Source: Neodothiora populina
Lineage: Eukaryota
Assembly (NCBI RefSeq): GCF_041146345.1
Contig: NW_027191414.1
Coordinates: forward strand, 1,116,001-1,180,000
DNA length: 64,000 bases
Reading direction: 5' to 3'
The notes under the pieces were generated by a model, which saw only the letters and a program-made list of their open reading frames with translations, made no database searches and was not told the DNA's origin. Both the position numbers and the translations under genes were made by a program. Below are positions 51,376-64,000 of the stretch, piece by piece. Each line of letters begins with the position of its first letter. The first letter of the stretch is position 1.

Positions 51376-51842
51376 TCATCTCTTTTGTTTTTCTTTTTCT
51401 GCCTTTTTGGAACATCACGGTCGGGCAATCATGGTTGATGTTTTGGTGTCAAGGTGGATTTGCGCTTGTTCTCGAAGCGTGTAACGATTTGTAACTTGTG
51501 CCTAAATGTCTTCAAGTTGTGAATATTATGTAGTGGCTCGTGATATTCTCCCTCTTTTCCTGGATTTCGTATGTACATAGAGAGGAATTGATCCACGATA
51601 GATGAGAAAGAGTGAGATGATCGGGAGAATATTATGTAGTATTCAACAGTATGGCAAACAGGTTCTCATATCAAGAAGCACAATATAGTTTGTATACATA
51701 GAGCTCATGCAAGGGGGACTCCATAATCCCTTGCTTAATTCCCATACCTCACTCCGAAGAGATATAGATGTCCACCTTAGCCATTACCCACCACAAACAC
51801 ACTCATACAGTAGATACAAGAAACAGAAGAAAGAAGAAGGCA

Positions 51843-52703
51843 ATGGCCTTCACGCGGTATACCTTCTCCCTCGTGGCAGCAGCAGCAATTGTCCTACTCA
51901 TCGCCGGCCTCTCCAGCCATCGTCAAGGCATCAGCACCTCCTTACCGCACGCCGCGACCAGACTCCTGGACTTCGGACGAAGCAAACCGAGTTTCTATGA
52001 GCAAGCCCTCGAGACCGTGCCGGATAAGGTCACGGGTCATAAGTACCAGCACATGTATCAGAAATATCTCCCAGCGCTGCGAAATCGGAGGATCAAGATG
52101 CTGCAGATTGGCTTGGGCTGTGATATGGATTCTGGACCGGGTGGAATCGTGAGTGCTGCTGGATATCCTCTTAATCGCACTTCTTGACGGATTACTCATT
52201 TTTCGTGATTTATGTTGGGCTGACTGGCAGTGCAGTATCATCTCTGGCTGGAGTACTTTGCGAACATCGACCTGCACTTCATCGAAAAAGACGCCGCCTG
52301 CACAAAGAAGTACCGAGCAAAGACCACCGGAGCGACAATCCACACTGACTCTACATTCCTCGAGAGCCTGGTGAAGGACACAGGAGGCGACTTCGACATC
52401 ATCATCGACACCGGCGAGCATAGCATGGTGCAACAACGCACGAGCTTCTATCGCCTTTTCAAAGCTCTTGCGCCAGGTGAGGTCTACTTTTGCGAGGGCC
52501 TACAGACGAGCTTCGATGAGCAGTATGGTGGCGGCGAATTGGCTAGTCAGGAGAATGCGAGTATGATGATGTCGATTGGAGAGATGATTTGGGATATGAG
52601 TCGGGCTGATAAACATGAGGTGCTCGAAGAGGCGGGAGAACTGCTCAGCGTTTATTGTATGGCTGAGATTTGTGCCTTCTGGAAGCTAGGGTCGGGGGAC
52701 TAA
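51843..52703 (+). CDS. membrane-anchored SAM-dependent methyltransferase-like protein (hard-surface-induced/MycE-like family), motifs degenerate; exons 51843-52148, 52236-52703
   Basis: N-terminal hydrophobic anchor; DKVTGHKYQHMYQKYL, KMLQIGLGCDM, WLEYF, FDIIIDTGEH, VYFCEGLQTSF. Confidence 0.7.
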
Positions 52704-53171
52704 AAGTGATAAACTTTATGATATCAGCTGTTGAAGTAGTGTAATGAGGTCGTCATGGTATCTCCACTTATTCACAATTGGAAGAGAATCCGCGGAAGAG
52801 TGGGTTGTGTGATTATATATCCCTTGTTACTCGTAGCCGGAAGTCTGTTATTACATCATATGTATATGCTGAAGCGTGGTTCGATAACACGAAAGTGCCG
52901 AGAAAACGATCCTACCCAGAAGGAATCGTTCGAGAACTTGATAAGAGGGGATACAAGTCGTCTGACCAGCCATTTGACAACTTCCCAAAGATGCAACAAG
53001 AAGCTATACCATGTAGAATTTGCGGACGTGTCGAAGTGTAAGCACATAACGAAGCAAGGCCCAACACGCCAGTGCGTCAGAACATACTGAGATCGTTGTG
53101 ATGAGCGCCACATCAGACCTCAGCCGGAGCTTGTAATGATAAGCGAGACAGCCGTGACTCCATTGGCTCAC

Positions 53172-55182
53172 TCAGAGATAGCCAAGGTCGGTAGACCTAA
53201 ACAGCGAATTCACGTCTTCGAATGGCAAGAACGAATTCGATAGTCCAAAGTCTGGCATTGTGAACGGGTCCGGTTGGTTCATGTTGAATTCCCCTTGTCG
53301 GGGTATGTAGTCCATTGGTGTAAGTCCCGTCCCATTCTGCATCTGTCCATTGTTTGGAGGCGCCGCATGCGATTGATAACCTCCCATGGGCCTCGACTGC
53401 TGGTTTCGTAAGCTCGCCTTGGCCATCTTTTCGAGGCCCTCGGCAAGCAAACGAACCAAGTGCCAAGTACCAGTAGGCATTGACCGGAATTGTTCGACCA
53501 GTCTGCCAATTAGGTCGTGCACGGTGGGTGGGCTCACGAATGTGCTATCGTACTTTGAAATGATCTGCATAAGAAAGCCACAGGCGAACGCGATCATGGT
53601 GTGCGTGTAGTGAGGCATTCCGACAAGTCCATCCCGGAGTGAAACGTCGGTTAGGAGAAGTTCAAATATTTGAGTCGCAGCATTCGCAGCCGTGACGGCC
53701 GAGTTATGAAAGTGTGGCGGGACGGCCGAATCCCCAAGGCCTCGAAAGACATGCGAGTGTAGATGCAGTTTCGCAAGGTTGTAATGTAACAATACACCCC
53801 TTGACGGAAAGTTGCCTATAGAGTCATGGTTGACTAGAAACACAAATTAGCAAAACCTTTTGGACGCACATGTAGGTCGAGACTTACTCAGTCGGTTCAT
53901 CCATTGTCGCATCCATTCATCAAGCTGTGCATCAAAGTGAGCGATATGATCAGCGGCATTAGGTGTCAACATGCCGCCCATATCTCGCCCGAAAAACTGA
54001 CGAGCATTGCCCATGATAACAAGTAAGTCCACCTGACTAGCCATCCGAACATCTTGCTCAACCGCTGCAGGACTTTCGAGATACCTAGCTGTACCCTGGA
54101 TACTTGTTTCCTCCCGCCGGATGATAGTAGTCCTTCCGTACAAGATAGACAAGTGCTGGTCGCAAATATACAAGAAGTACCATAATCGGAGACAATCTAT
54201 AGCATCTTCCGACGGTTCGGCCAATAACCTCTGGTAGTTCGCATTCAGACTGATGGCCATGGCACGACGAATAGCATGGCCTGACAGAGTCCACGATAGA
54301 TCGCTAAGCCAAAATGCGCCAATGCACATAGCCCGGAGCGACTCTCGATCTACACGTCGATTAAACATTGAATCCGCAAGCAGCCTTTTAAACTCTTCAA
54401 GACAAGGCTCATAAAATCGATCGCTTTGAGGGTCGTGTAGCGCCGAGACCGTACAAATAGCGGCCAATAGCTTTGGTGAACGTCGACGGACGCTCTGCAA
54501 GTCTGTGAACTTGTTCGCTATACTGTAAGCGAAGTGATCTAGCCTCTTGAGGTACAATGATGTGAGTCGTTCTGCTTCTTCCAGAGGAATGATTCCTTTC
54601 GAGATAATGTCAGGCTTCACCCCATCTTTGTGAGAAGGTTCCCCGGTCACTTCCGAGCGCAACGACCGTAGGCGCGTAATCTGGTACAGCGACTCTATCG
54701 GTATGCTCTGCAAGGACTCATGGCGTGGTGCTATCTTCGGTGAATTGTCCAATGATGGCGCGACAGATTCCGCTTTTGCCGGTAGTTTCTTCTGTGGCGG
54801 TTCGGGGACAGGGGAACGTTCCTCTTCCTCTCCAACCTGTGCTCTCAATGGTGGCATAGGGGGCATGGACAGTCGTTTTAGCACTTCTTGCATCGCAGTA
54901 TGTACCTCTTGGATATCACGATGCATGTCATCCTTCCACATTGACCCTTCACTTATCAATGTTTGAAGACTTTTATTCAGCACACAAGACAAGTTCCTTT
55001 CAATACACCTTCGACATGGCGGCTCGCCGTTGTCCATCAGACACTTGATCTGCGTTCTCATCAGCAACATTCACATACACATAATGAAAGCTGAAACAAC
55101 GCACCTTTTGCTTGCGACATGCTGCACATGCTTTAACCTTTCTCGAAATCTGCGGAGTACCAACTCCACCTGGGGATGTCAT
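53172..55182 (-). CDS. Zn(II)2Cys6 transcription factor with fungal-specific TF domain; exons 55182-55105, 55049-53888, 53833-53172
   Basis: ACAACRKQK/IKCLMDNGEPPCRRCIERNLSC; RLWYFLYICDQHLSILYGR. Confidence 0.93.
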
Positions 55183-56125
55183 CGATTCCTGATTTGTGCC
55201 TGATTGGTTTGGAGAAGCAAAAGGTGCTGAACTCTGACGACCACCTTGCTACACGACTCTCTATCAACTCAGGGGATCTTGGCTTATATGTAACTTGTCA
55301 CCTAGGGCCACTTACTGCATTCATATCGAGGAGACCTTGTGCCGCATTTGCCACGGACCAAGAGCGCTTCGACATTTTCTGCCGGTCCTCTAGTTTCAAC
55401 ACCTCTTGGTTGTGAATGATATTATCGGGAAAAATTCCTCTCCATCGAACATTGATATAACGAATATGGCTTCAGAACAAGCTTCGCCTCAATTGCATGA
55501 TAGAGGTCTAATGTGACCTCCGCAATCACTGGAGGAGCCTGATGTGGAGATCTTCAATGCGCACGGACGTTGACTCGAGAGGATTGGCGCTTCGATTTTC
55601 AGGTCAATCTGCGGCTTACGACACTTATCATTCTGCATTACTCGCTCAATGACTTCCTTTGTACTCTAAGATAAATTGTGAAGGATCAAGTCTTCAACAC
55701 TAGCATGGGGTGGAGTGATACAAAATTATTGTTGTGAATGTAATTGTATCCAGTATTGATCTAGTGCAGGAAAACAGTATCATTTGTATAAGGCTGGTGT
55801 GAGTAGATAAATACAGTAGAGAGTGAGGTTTCTATGTTGAAACCACCGAAATGGCAACAATATTAGCGAATAACCAGCGAAATGTTACCTTCAACGGAGT
55901 CACCTCAATGGTTAGCTTTATTTACACTTCATGGGGAAAAAAAGAAATATATTTGACCTCTAAAGCCTTCCCAATTCTCTATGTGATATATGCAGCCAAT
56001 TTTGCTATGCAACAGTAAAGAACAACACAAACATCCCCATGCATGCTCCATCATGATCGTATCAATTGTCTCGTCTGTAAGAAGAAGCTGACACGAATGC
56101 TCTGTTATACCTCTCCAAAACACAA

Positions 56126-57139
56126 TCAATGCGGCGACTTCTCCAATTCCTTCGCAATGACAACCTTGACCTCCTCGAGAGGGAGCTCTTCAAGAGCCTT
56201 CCCCGTCCAGCACTGGCTCTGAGCAAAACCCTGGTAGATCATTGCTTCAGTGCCCAGGATCACTTGCCAGCCTGCTTGTTCCGAGAGTGCTGCAATCTGT
56301 GTCCAAGGCTTAGGGTGATAACACATCTCTAGGATCGCTCCCTTGTGTTGCTTGTTGAGGAAGATCTGCATAATGTCACGAGCCTCGATCTCGGATTCAG
56401 TCAAGGGCGGGAAGTCAGGAACGCAAGCAACGATGCCGCCTGGACCTTCGAGCGACTGAGCCTGTTCGACTGTCGCGACGTGCACAAGACCATCGCCATA
56501 GCCATGCCCCTTGCACCAATCAATAATGACGTCGACCTCTGCCTTTTCTCTGTTGACGAGATACACCGTAGTTACACCAAGGAACTTCTTGAGAGCGTAA
56601 ACGGCACTGCGGGCAGCGCCTCCACCGCCCACGACTAACGCCGGTCTGCCATGGTAGACTTCGTCCGGATTCGACACGTTCTGTGTGAATGCTTCTCTGA
56701 TGCCGATAACGTCTGTGTTGGTGCCCACGTATATACGTTTGTCACCTAGTCGCTTGAGGAATATCGTGTTGCATGCGCCGATAGCCTCGCATTCATCAGT
56801 GATTTCATCCAGATGCTTCATGATTGCCACCTTGTGAGGCATAGTAACCGATGCACCTGAGCAAGAATTAGCATGATGTTGGGTGCCGCCACAATGCAAT
56901 GACTGAAGTCTAGCAAGCTCACCGAAGAAGTTAGGTTCATGTATTAGTTCGAGGAACTGTGACATGTTTGTAGACTCTAAAAAAAATTGTCTCCATTTAT
57001 AGCCAATGTGTTTAAAGACTGTCTCGTGCATCAATGGTGAAAAGGAATGTGCGATCGGGTATCCAAAAAGGAAACCAAATCGATCCACGGAATGGATATC
57101 CGGAGTCTTGCATGTAATGATATGCTCGGGGATCGCCAT
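56126..57139 (-). CDS. qutB: quinate/shikimate 5-dehydrogenase (QutB/Qa-3-like); exons 57139-56923, 56856-56126
   Basis: LFGYPIAHSFSP, GASVTMPHK, IGACNT, GTNTDVIG, GGGGAARSA, EMCYHP, GTEAMIYQG; 66-nt intron. Confidence 0.88.
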   Translation of the reverse strand: MAIPEHIITCKTPDIHSVDRFGFLFGYPIAHSFSPLMHETVFKHIGYKWRQFFLESTNMSQFLELIHEPNFFGELARLQSLHCGGTQHHANSCSGASVTMPHKVAIMKHLDEITDECEAIGACNTIFLKRLGDKRIYVGTNTDVIGIREAFTQNVSNPDEVYHGRPALVVGGGGAARSAVYALKKFLGVTTVYLVNREKAEVDVIIDWCKGHGYGDGLVHVATVEQAQSLEGPGGIVACVPDFPPLTESEIEARDIMQIFLNKQHKGAILEMCYHPKPWTQIAALSEQAGWQVILGTEAMIYQGFAQSQCWTGKALEELPLEEVKVVIAKELEKSPH

Positions 57140-57867
57140 GTTGTACAGCGTTTGCAAATGCTATAGTTGAGGCCTCTTCTTGTTCGCCAAGTCTTGATGA
57201 AGTACTTAGTAATTCAGGAAAGAAGTGATCCTACTGCTCTGCAAACCTGAGTTAATATTATCCCGATAAGCCACGCAGGAGTCTCACTAAGTCCTGAGGT
57301 GCTACATACAATATGGAAATTGTGTTCGAAGTTCACGCCCTCTCGCAATATCATACACTTCTTTGTATTTGTATTTGCTGACGATGTTGACTAACAAAGA
57401 TATCAAGAGTGTGGGAAACGCCCCCAAGTAGAGTTCCAGCCGGCATATAGGACGGATGTCTCGGCCAACTTGGCAAGAGGCGGTTCGCCTCCGACTTCGC
57501 ACCACACCACATGAACTCACCCCGCCAACTTCGTAAAACGCGGAGATCAGATCCTCCACGTGGGGAAATGGGCGGAGGGGAAAGAAGTTTTTTTTCAATT
57601 GTTCAAGCATTTAAAGGATCCAAAGTGGTCAGCACATCTCCCTTTACACTCACTGGCGAAAGGGTTAGAGGGTTGGTCCGTTAGTTGGATGACACATGGG
57701 AATTGGGAGGCGACGACCTTGACAGCCTTACCAGATCCGATTGATCGCCACGGTCGTGACTCGAGCAATATAGATTGTCTGCGGCTCTGATATCTGTCTG
57801 GAGGTTTGATCAAAGTTGGAAGCAGCCACATCCTTCCTTACCATACTCTCGCACATCAATTGACAAG

Positions 57868-59554
57868 ATGGGTATCCTTACTCTCCTCGAAGACAGACCC
57901 ACGCCGTCGGCTGTGTACAATTGGCGGGTGTACGCCTGTGCCGCGGTTGCATCCTTTGCGTCATGTATGATTGGATATGACTCTGCATTCATTGGAACGA
58001 CATTGTCATTGAAGTCTTTTTCGACCGAATTTGGCTTCGACCACATGGGTACTCACCACCTCGCTCTGGTAAAGTCCAACATCGTTTCCGTCTACCAGGC
58101 TGGCGCCTTTTTCGGATCTCTATTTGCGTATGTGTCCGCATACTTCTTGGGCCGCCGCAAAAGCTTGTGGCTCTTCGTCACTGTCTTTATGGTTGGCGCA
58201 GGAATCATGCTTGCCGCGAAGAATGGTGACCTGTCACCCATCTACGCCGGCCGAGTGCTTGCTGGCTTTGGTGTAGGAGGCTCTTCCATGATCGTTCCAA
58301 TTTACATTTCTGAGATCTCCCCTCCAGCGGTACGAGGCCGACTAGTCGGTATCTATGAGCTCGGATGGCAGATCGGCGGTCTGGTCGGCTTTTGGATCAA
58401 CTATGGTATCAGCGAGACTCTTGCGCCTAGCCACTCTCAATGGCTCATCCCCTTTGCTGTTCAACTTATTCCAGGAGGTCTTTTGTTGATCGGTAGTCTC
58501 TGGCTTCGCGAGTCTCCCCGTTGGCTGTACTCCAAGGGCAAACGAGAAGAAGGCCTGAGAAACCTTACTTGGATACGAAATCTCACCAGCGAGGACATGT
58601 ATATCATTGAAGAGGTTGCTTTCATCGATGCTGCACTCGAAGAGCAAGCAGCGACCATCGGAGTTGGCTTTTGGAAACCATTCAAAGCCGTCGGGCGCGA
58701 CCGCAAAGTGCAATGGAGATTCTTCCTGGGTGGAATGCTGTTCCTGTGGCAGAATGGTAGTGGTATCAACGCCATCAACTACTATTCGCCTACAGTGTTC
58801 AAATCTATCGGTATCAGCGGCACTAACACGTCTTTCCTGACCACCGGCATTTTCGGTGTAGTCAAGACGGTACTTACTATAATCTGGTTATTCTTTCTAA
58901 TCGACAAACTCGGTCGTAGAAAGCTATTGATGATTGGTGCCGCGGGCGGTTCCATTTGCATGTGGATCATCGGAGGTTACCTGCTAGGCACTAATGCCAC
59001 GAAGAACAAGGCTGATGGCCTCGGACCCGGTGGTATCGCTGCCATATTCTTCTTTTACCTTTGGACAGCCTTTTACACTCCCTCGTGGAATGGTACCCCG
59101 TGGGTACTGAATTCGGAGATGTTTGACCAGAACACTCGCTCCCTTGGCCAGGCATCCGCAGCCGCGAACAATTGGTAAGTGCTGGGGTGTGGACGGTCTG
59201 GGAAAGACATGTACTAATCAATCAACAATCAGGTTCTGGAACTTCATCATCTCCCGCTTCACGCCCCAAATGTTCTTGAACATGGGACAGTCCGGATGTG
59301 GCGTGTACTTTTTCTTCGCGAGCATGATGATTCTCTCAATCGTCTTCGTTTGGTTCCTTATTCCCGAGACTAAGTCGGTTCCCCTGGAAGATATGGATCG
59401 ACTATTCTCCATCAGACCCGTGCGAAGAGCCAATACGGTCGTCCTCGAGGAGGTGAGATTGCGAGAGGAGAAGTTCCGTCATGATGTTGAATCCGCCGAT
59501 CTTTCAACGGCTAAAGACAAGGTGCGACACCGTGAGAACATTGAAGCTGTTTAG
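57868..59554 (+). CDS. qutD: quinate permease (sugar-porter MFS, QutD/Qa-y-like); exons 57868-59174, 59233-59554
   Basis: LLEDRPTPSAVYNWRVY, GYDSAFIG, QNGSGINAINYYSP, YTPSWNGTPWVLNSEMF, PETKSVPLE. Confidence 0.93.
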
Positions 59555-61515
59555 GTCGAAGCCAGGCATATCAGTCCTTCTCTTGTTTTTCTTTTCTTTT
59601 TCTCTTATTTTCTTGTTTTCATGAAGCTCAAAAACTGATCCTTTTTCTTTGCTTTTCAACAGCCAGTCGCAAAAGAGTCGCCGGCATCGTCATTTGAAGA
59701 TATGTGAGGCTGCTCTGAACAGCTCAGCACACTGCAAGGAAGAGGAACACAAAACTAATGTTCTCTTGCGTAATTTATGAAAAGAAAGCGATGAGTTTTG
59801 GAAGTGGTCTCTCTTTCTCACGGGACCACGAAAGTATGCATGTAAATAAGCGGTGGAAAAAGTCTTTTCATCTTCCACAAAACTTGATGAGTTATGAGAG
59901 TCCTTCAGAATTACCGGTCCAACTGCTTTTACTTGTGCCCAAGTAACAGTAGCAACTAGTAAAACCAGATGTCAAGATAGGAAGCATAAGAGATGCATGC
60001 AGTGACAGTTACAGAAGAGAGGACTCGGAAGAGCGCGGCGACCTGCTCACAACTCTATCTGTGACTCTTCAAGCCGGAAGCCATACCGGCAAAGCACGCG
60101 AAGGTGAATAAAAACAGAACAAGAAAAGGAACTCGAATTTAGGCAGCATGCAAAGTGTTCAAGTACAGCAGACAAAGTAAGATAGGTAAAGTCAGGTAAA
60201 TAGCTCCCTGCGGAGATACTAGTAGTTATCTTATCGGTCTTATCAAACACGACCGAAGTGGGATGTTCGGCTTTTGTGCTCCTGCCGCGGACAGCCGTTG
60301 GCAGCCGAACTTTTCTACAGTATGGTGCTTCCAATGGACCACAACTTGCAACTTCGTATTGTCAAGGAGGAGGTTAGATTTTGCTACTTGCGTTATAGAT
60401 CAAGGTAAGGAAGGGGCTACGAGTTGCTTGTTAGAATGAATTTGAGATCCAATATGTGCCACTCTGTAGAGACGAGCTCCTGCCACACGAACTCTGTCGG
60501 ATAATCTACAAAGGGCTACAGGCAGCAAATATCGACCACCTTGCAGTGTTAAAATCGGAGGCAAGTTTAGTGTTAAGCAGAACAGCAGAGTAAGAGACGA
60601 TACTAATGTCTTTACTAGATATCATCAAGTAAAAGGATCTCCATAGTGCTCGAAGCAAATGACCATTGAAATGTGATAGCCGCTCTATAAAGGTAGCTAA
60701 GAATAGAGCAAGATCGGTCTCACCTAGTCTCGACAGAGTGATCTTGAAGTGCTCATCACGCGTGTATAGGAAGTACAGTGATGCTGATATACATCTGCTG
60801 GGATATACAAGGCAACCTACTTCCAAGGAGTATATATCTCCCAGTGGCCACGACACTTGGTGACCAATCCTAGAGGCCTAGCTAAGTCTCAGGAACGAAT
60901 GCGACCAAGTTACGATCGTATGATCGTATGACCGTTCGGTAACGCGAAAAGGATACATTCGGACTATCGAGATCGGCTGAATGAATGCACGAGGCATACG
61001 CATGAGGGGCAACAAATGGGTGGTAGTAGCAGACAACGACAAGGCGAGCGGTCATCAAGTCAGCGATGATAGGCCAGATCAACCGAAAACCAAACCAGGC
61101 TGATGAATAAACGTTATTCGAATTAGAAAATAGAGCGCTCGGATGTAACATCTCATGATTACAAGGGTGGAAGATGCGCGAAGCAGCTGAGATGGCATGG
61201 GATTACGAGCCTCATAAGTGGTCCGGGCGCTCGGCGACGGGATATAGTCTTGGCGCGTGCTGAGCAATGAGCTGACGGTGATTGGTCAGATGCATAGGTC
61301 CGTCACTGGACAAGACAGCATTGTTGGTGCTACACTTGCTATAAGATAGTTGAGTGTTGTCGTGACTTTGTCTCATAGTTCTTATTCCATCCAGAAGTTC
61401 AAGACTCCATCACAGATCACATCAAAGCAACTTGTCTGCTCAGAACTTCTTGACTTCGCCTCTTCACTCCATTAAACCTATCTATTCGATACCATCAATC
61501 ATACATCAGAACATC

Positions 61516-61978
61516 ATGTCTGCCACCGCTGCTGTTCCCCAGACCTGCTGCGGCCGTGAGGGTGGTTGCATCTGCGCAAAGGTACGGGTATTGCTCATGA
61601 TCAGGTATCGAAGCATCGCTGACAAGAATTCCACAGGAGGCCACTTGCTCCTGCGGCAAGCAGGCTGCCATGCACTGCAACTGCGACAAGGCATCCACCG
61701 AGAACACCACTGTCGGTGCCAGGTGCTCCTGCAGTAAGTGTCGACCTTGATAGCGCCGTTCGTCTTGTTGTCTAGGATGCTGACATTCTTTTCCTTTAGA
61801 CCAGCGCGCTGCCGGTGAATGCACCTGCTCTCGCTCTTCCACCGAGAACACCAAGCCCAGCGGCTCGACCTGTGCCTGCGGCAAGAGATCTGCCGACTCT
61901 TGCTCCTGCGCTGGATCTGAGGCCGGTGCTTCCAGCGAGCTCGAGACCGACTTCACCACCAAGCCTCTGAAGCCTTAG
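61516..61978 (+). CDS. Cys-rich metallothionein-like copper resistance protein (Crd2-like); exons 61516-61581, 61637-61733, 61800-61978
   Basis: Spliced product MSATAAVPQTCCGREGGCICAKEATCSCGKQAAMHCNCDKASTEN..RCSCNQRAAGECTCSRSSTEN..CACGKRSADSCSC..ETDFTTK; TATA-like TATAAG near 61340; missed by the ORF track. Confidence 0.9.
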
Positions 61979-62994
61979 ATCAAGACGAGTGACCAATTCT
62001 GTTTGCTCGACAGAGAGCAAGGAAATCAGAAACACACGGGAGAGGGGTGACTAGTCAATCATGGTACCTGGCGTTTATGGCATTGCTCTGGGCTGGACAG
62101 AGGGTATATGGGTGCGGGGCTTTGAAATGATACCACAGAAACCAAGTTATGATACTCGGAGATAACAGTAGTAATGAAGACTCAACTTTACAATCGACGT
62201 GCAGGATGGGCATATCTTTCTGTACGGTAGCTTACATTTGTAATTCACACAAGTGAGCCTACTTCTGGGCGAGAGGTAGGAAGGAGAGCGATGACATGTA
62301 TGCTGGCAGCGCTAGTCACCGACACTGCACTGCCTCAGAAACCCACCAGTCCTGATGGTGCGTCCAGCACAGGATGTGTATGTTAATGCTCATCAGATAA
62401 ACTCTCAGCTTTTGCAATGTAAACAGTGACGAAATGCATGATTATCTGATCTTATCAATCAACAGCCGATGCCGGGATACAAGTATCCTGGGTCGACATG
62501 TTTGATGTAGAGACAAACGCGGGGAGCGGAGTTCTAAGCGACGACAGCGTGCAGGGTCAGCACGTCGGTCGGAAGTCTTGTCTGCCGTGTGCACGGATTC
62601 ATCGGAGTGATTTAGAGGCAGAACAAAAGGCCCCAATCTCACCCTGAATCGTAATGGACAAGCAAATGATGTGATGCCCTGAACACGGTCGAGCGATACA
62701 AAGTGCCTCACGGGATCTGAGGTTTACTGCAAGCTGTGGAAATGAAATGTCCCTCAAATGCCGAGTCTTTCTTGAACAGAATGAGGAGCCTCTGAGAGTG
62801 TGAAGCTGCGGCTGCTCGATCCCGTACCGTTTGAACAAAAAAGATAGTTGATAAACACTGATAAGGTCAGGTACAAGTAGTCGTGCTTGCACTTGCCCAT
62901 ACGTACCGTATTTGAGTGCAATCTAAGCCACATAATTGCGGCGAAGCTCATGTGTGTGACCAAGGTGACATTGAGAGCCTTGGGAGAGATGTAG

Positions 62995-62998
<4 letters not shown>

Positions 62999-63040
<42 letters not shown>
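62999..63040. repeat. (AG)n microsatellite
   Basis: About 21 perfect AG units. Confidence 0.95.
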
Positions 63041-63041
<1 letters not shown>

Positions 63042-63442
63042 CTAGAGATTGGATTTGCAGAGGTGATTTCATCTCCCGAGTCAGGCGGGTCGGCTCTCTT
63101 AGTACACTTAATTAGTACAGTTCACTTGGTGACATGCATGTAGGAGGGTTCGGAGCAAGAGTAGTAATCCATTGTTATTAGTGACCTTTCACGAACCTCA
63201 CAACAGTGGATTCGTTCCCTGGATTTCCCTACGGATATCAGTGTCGCTTCTCCGACAACATACTGTGCAGCCCCTAATAATAATAACAACACTCGTGAAA
63301 ACAGCCATCCACCAACGACACCGGAAGACTGGACGATTTAAACAGGGAACAGCCCCGCCGGGCTCGTAACATCCAACAACGCCTATAACGCAACGAACAG
63401 CAGCAGCAGCAGCAGCAGCATCAGTGAACAGAGGCGCCCGTC

Positions 63443-63945
63443 ATGTCGTCCTCGGCAGGAGGCGGCATCTTCAGCCGTGGAGGAGGCAGCAAGGACAACT
63501 CCATGCGCGGTCTCGTCTCTTTCATTGCCGACCTTAGAAATGCCCGCGCACGCGAACTCGAGGAGAAGCGGATCAACAAGGAGCTGGCCAACATCCGGCA
63601 AAACTTCAAAAAGGGCGCCCTGTCCGGCTACGACAAGAAGAAATATGTCTGCAAACTGCTGTACATCTACATCCTCGGCTGGAACGTCGACTTTGGCCAT
63701 CTCGAGGCCGTCAACCTCGTCAGCGCGACAAAGTACAGCGAGAAGCAGATTGGCTATCTGGCCGTCACGCTGATGTTGCACGAGGAACATGAGTTGCTGC
63801 ACCTGGTCGTCAACAGCATCAGAAAGGACCTGATGGACGTAAATGAACTGAACAATTGTCTCGCTCTACATGCAATTGCCAATGTCGGAGGCAGAGAAAT
63901 GGGAGAGGCGCTCAGTGCGGATGTACATAGACTGCTCATTTCGCC
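63443..63945 (+). CDS. APL3: AP-2 complex alpha-adaptin, first exon (gene continues beyond the window)
   Basis: MRGLVSFIADLRNARARELEEKRINKELANIRQ..KKKYVCKLLYIYILG..FGHLEAVNL..YSEKQIGYLA; donor GTATGT at 63946. Confidence 0.95.
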
Positions 63946-64000
63946 GTATGTTTTTTTTCTTTTCTTTCAAGTCCTTGTCTCTTTCCTCTTCTTTTCTTAC

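Overview
Gene-dense 64 kb window of a filamentous ascomycete (Pezizomycotina; short GT-AG introns with CTRAC branch points). Protein genes in order: Nse1, RPS16 (uS9), RCC1-repeat Ats1/Kti13-like, Rad9 (9-1-1 clamp), F-box-like/LRR protein, THI20-type HMP kinase/thiaminase II, Con7 C2H2 transcription factor, DBP2 helicase, a PPR protein, a secreted S41 peptidase, a flavocytochrome b2-like oxidoreductase ending in SKL, an MCT-type MFS transporter, a kinesin, SFH5, an MscS channel, a degenerate orphan ORF, a degenerate methyltransferase-like gene, a three-gene quinate mini-cluster (Zn2Cys6 TF, quinate/shikimate dehydrogenase, quinate permease), a Crd2-like metallothionein and the 5' end of AP-2 alpha-adaptin. 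There are also two intron-containing tRNAs (Asp-GTC, Ser-AGA). The most interesting signals lie outside the ORF track. (1) A tandem pair of related box C/D snoRNA candidates downstream of RPS16 (minus strand, about 2600-2890) has antisense elements to 5.8S rRNA (predicted A43) and the 18S 5' domain (predicted C49); as far as I know neither site is methylated in S. cerevisiae. (2) The Con7 CDS contains two 96-nt in-frame, stop-free introns. (3) DBP2 has a candidate poison exon and an in-frame alternative donor. (4) A candidate spliced non-coding RNA with micro-exons converges on THI20. All exon boundaries and rRNA pairings were derived by eye from remembered consensus sequences; no database search was run.
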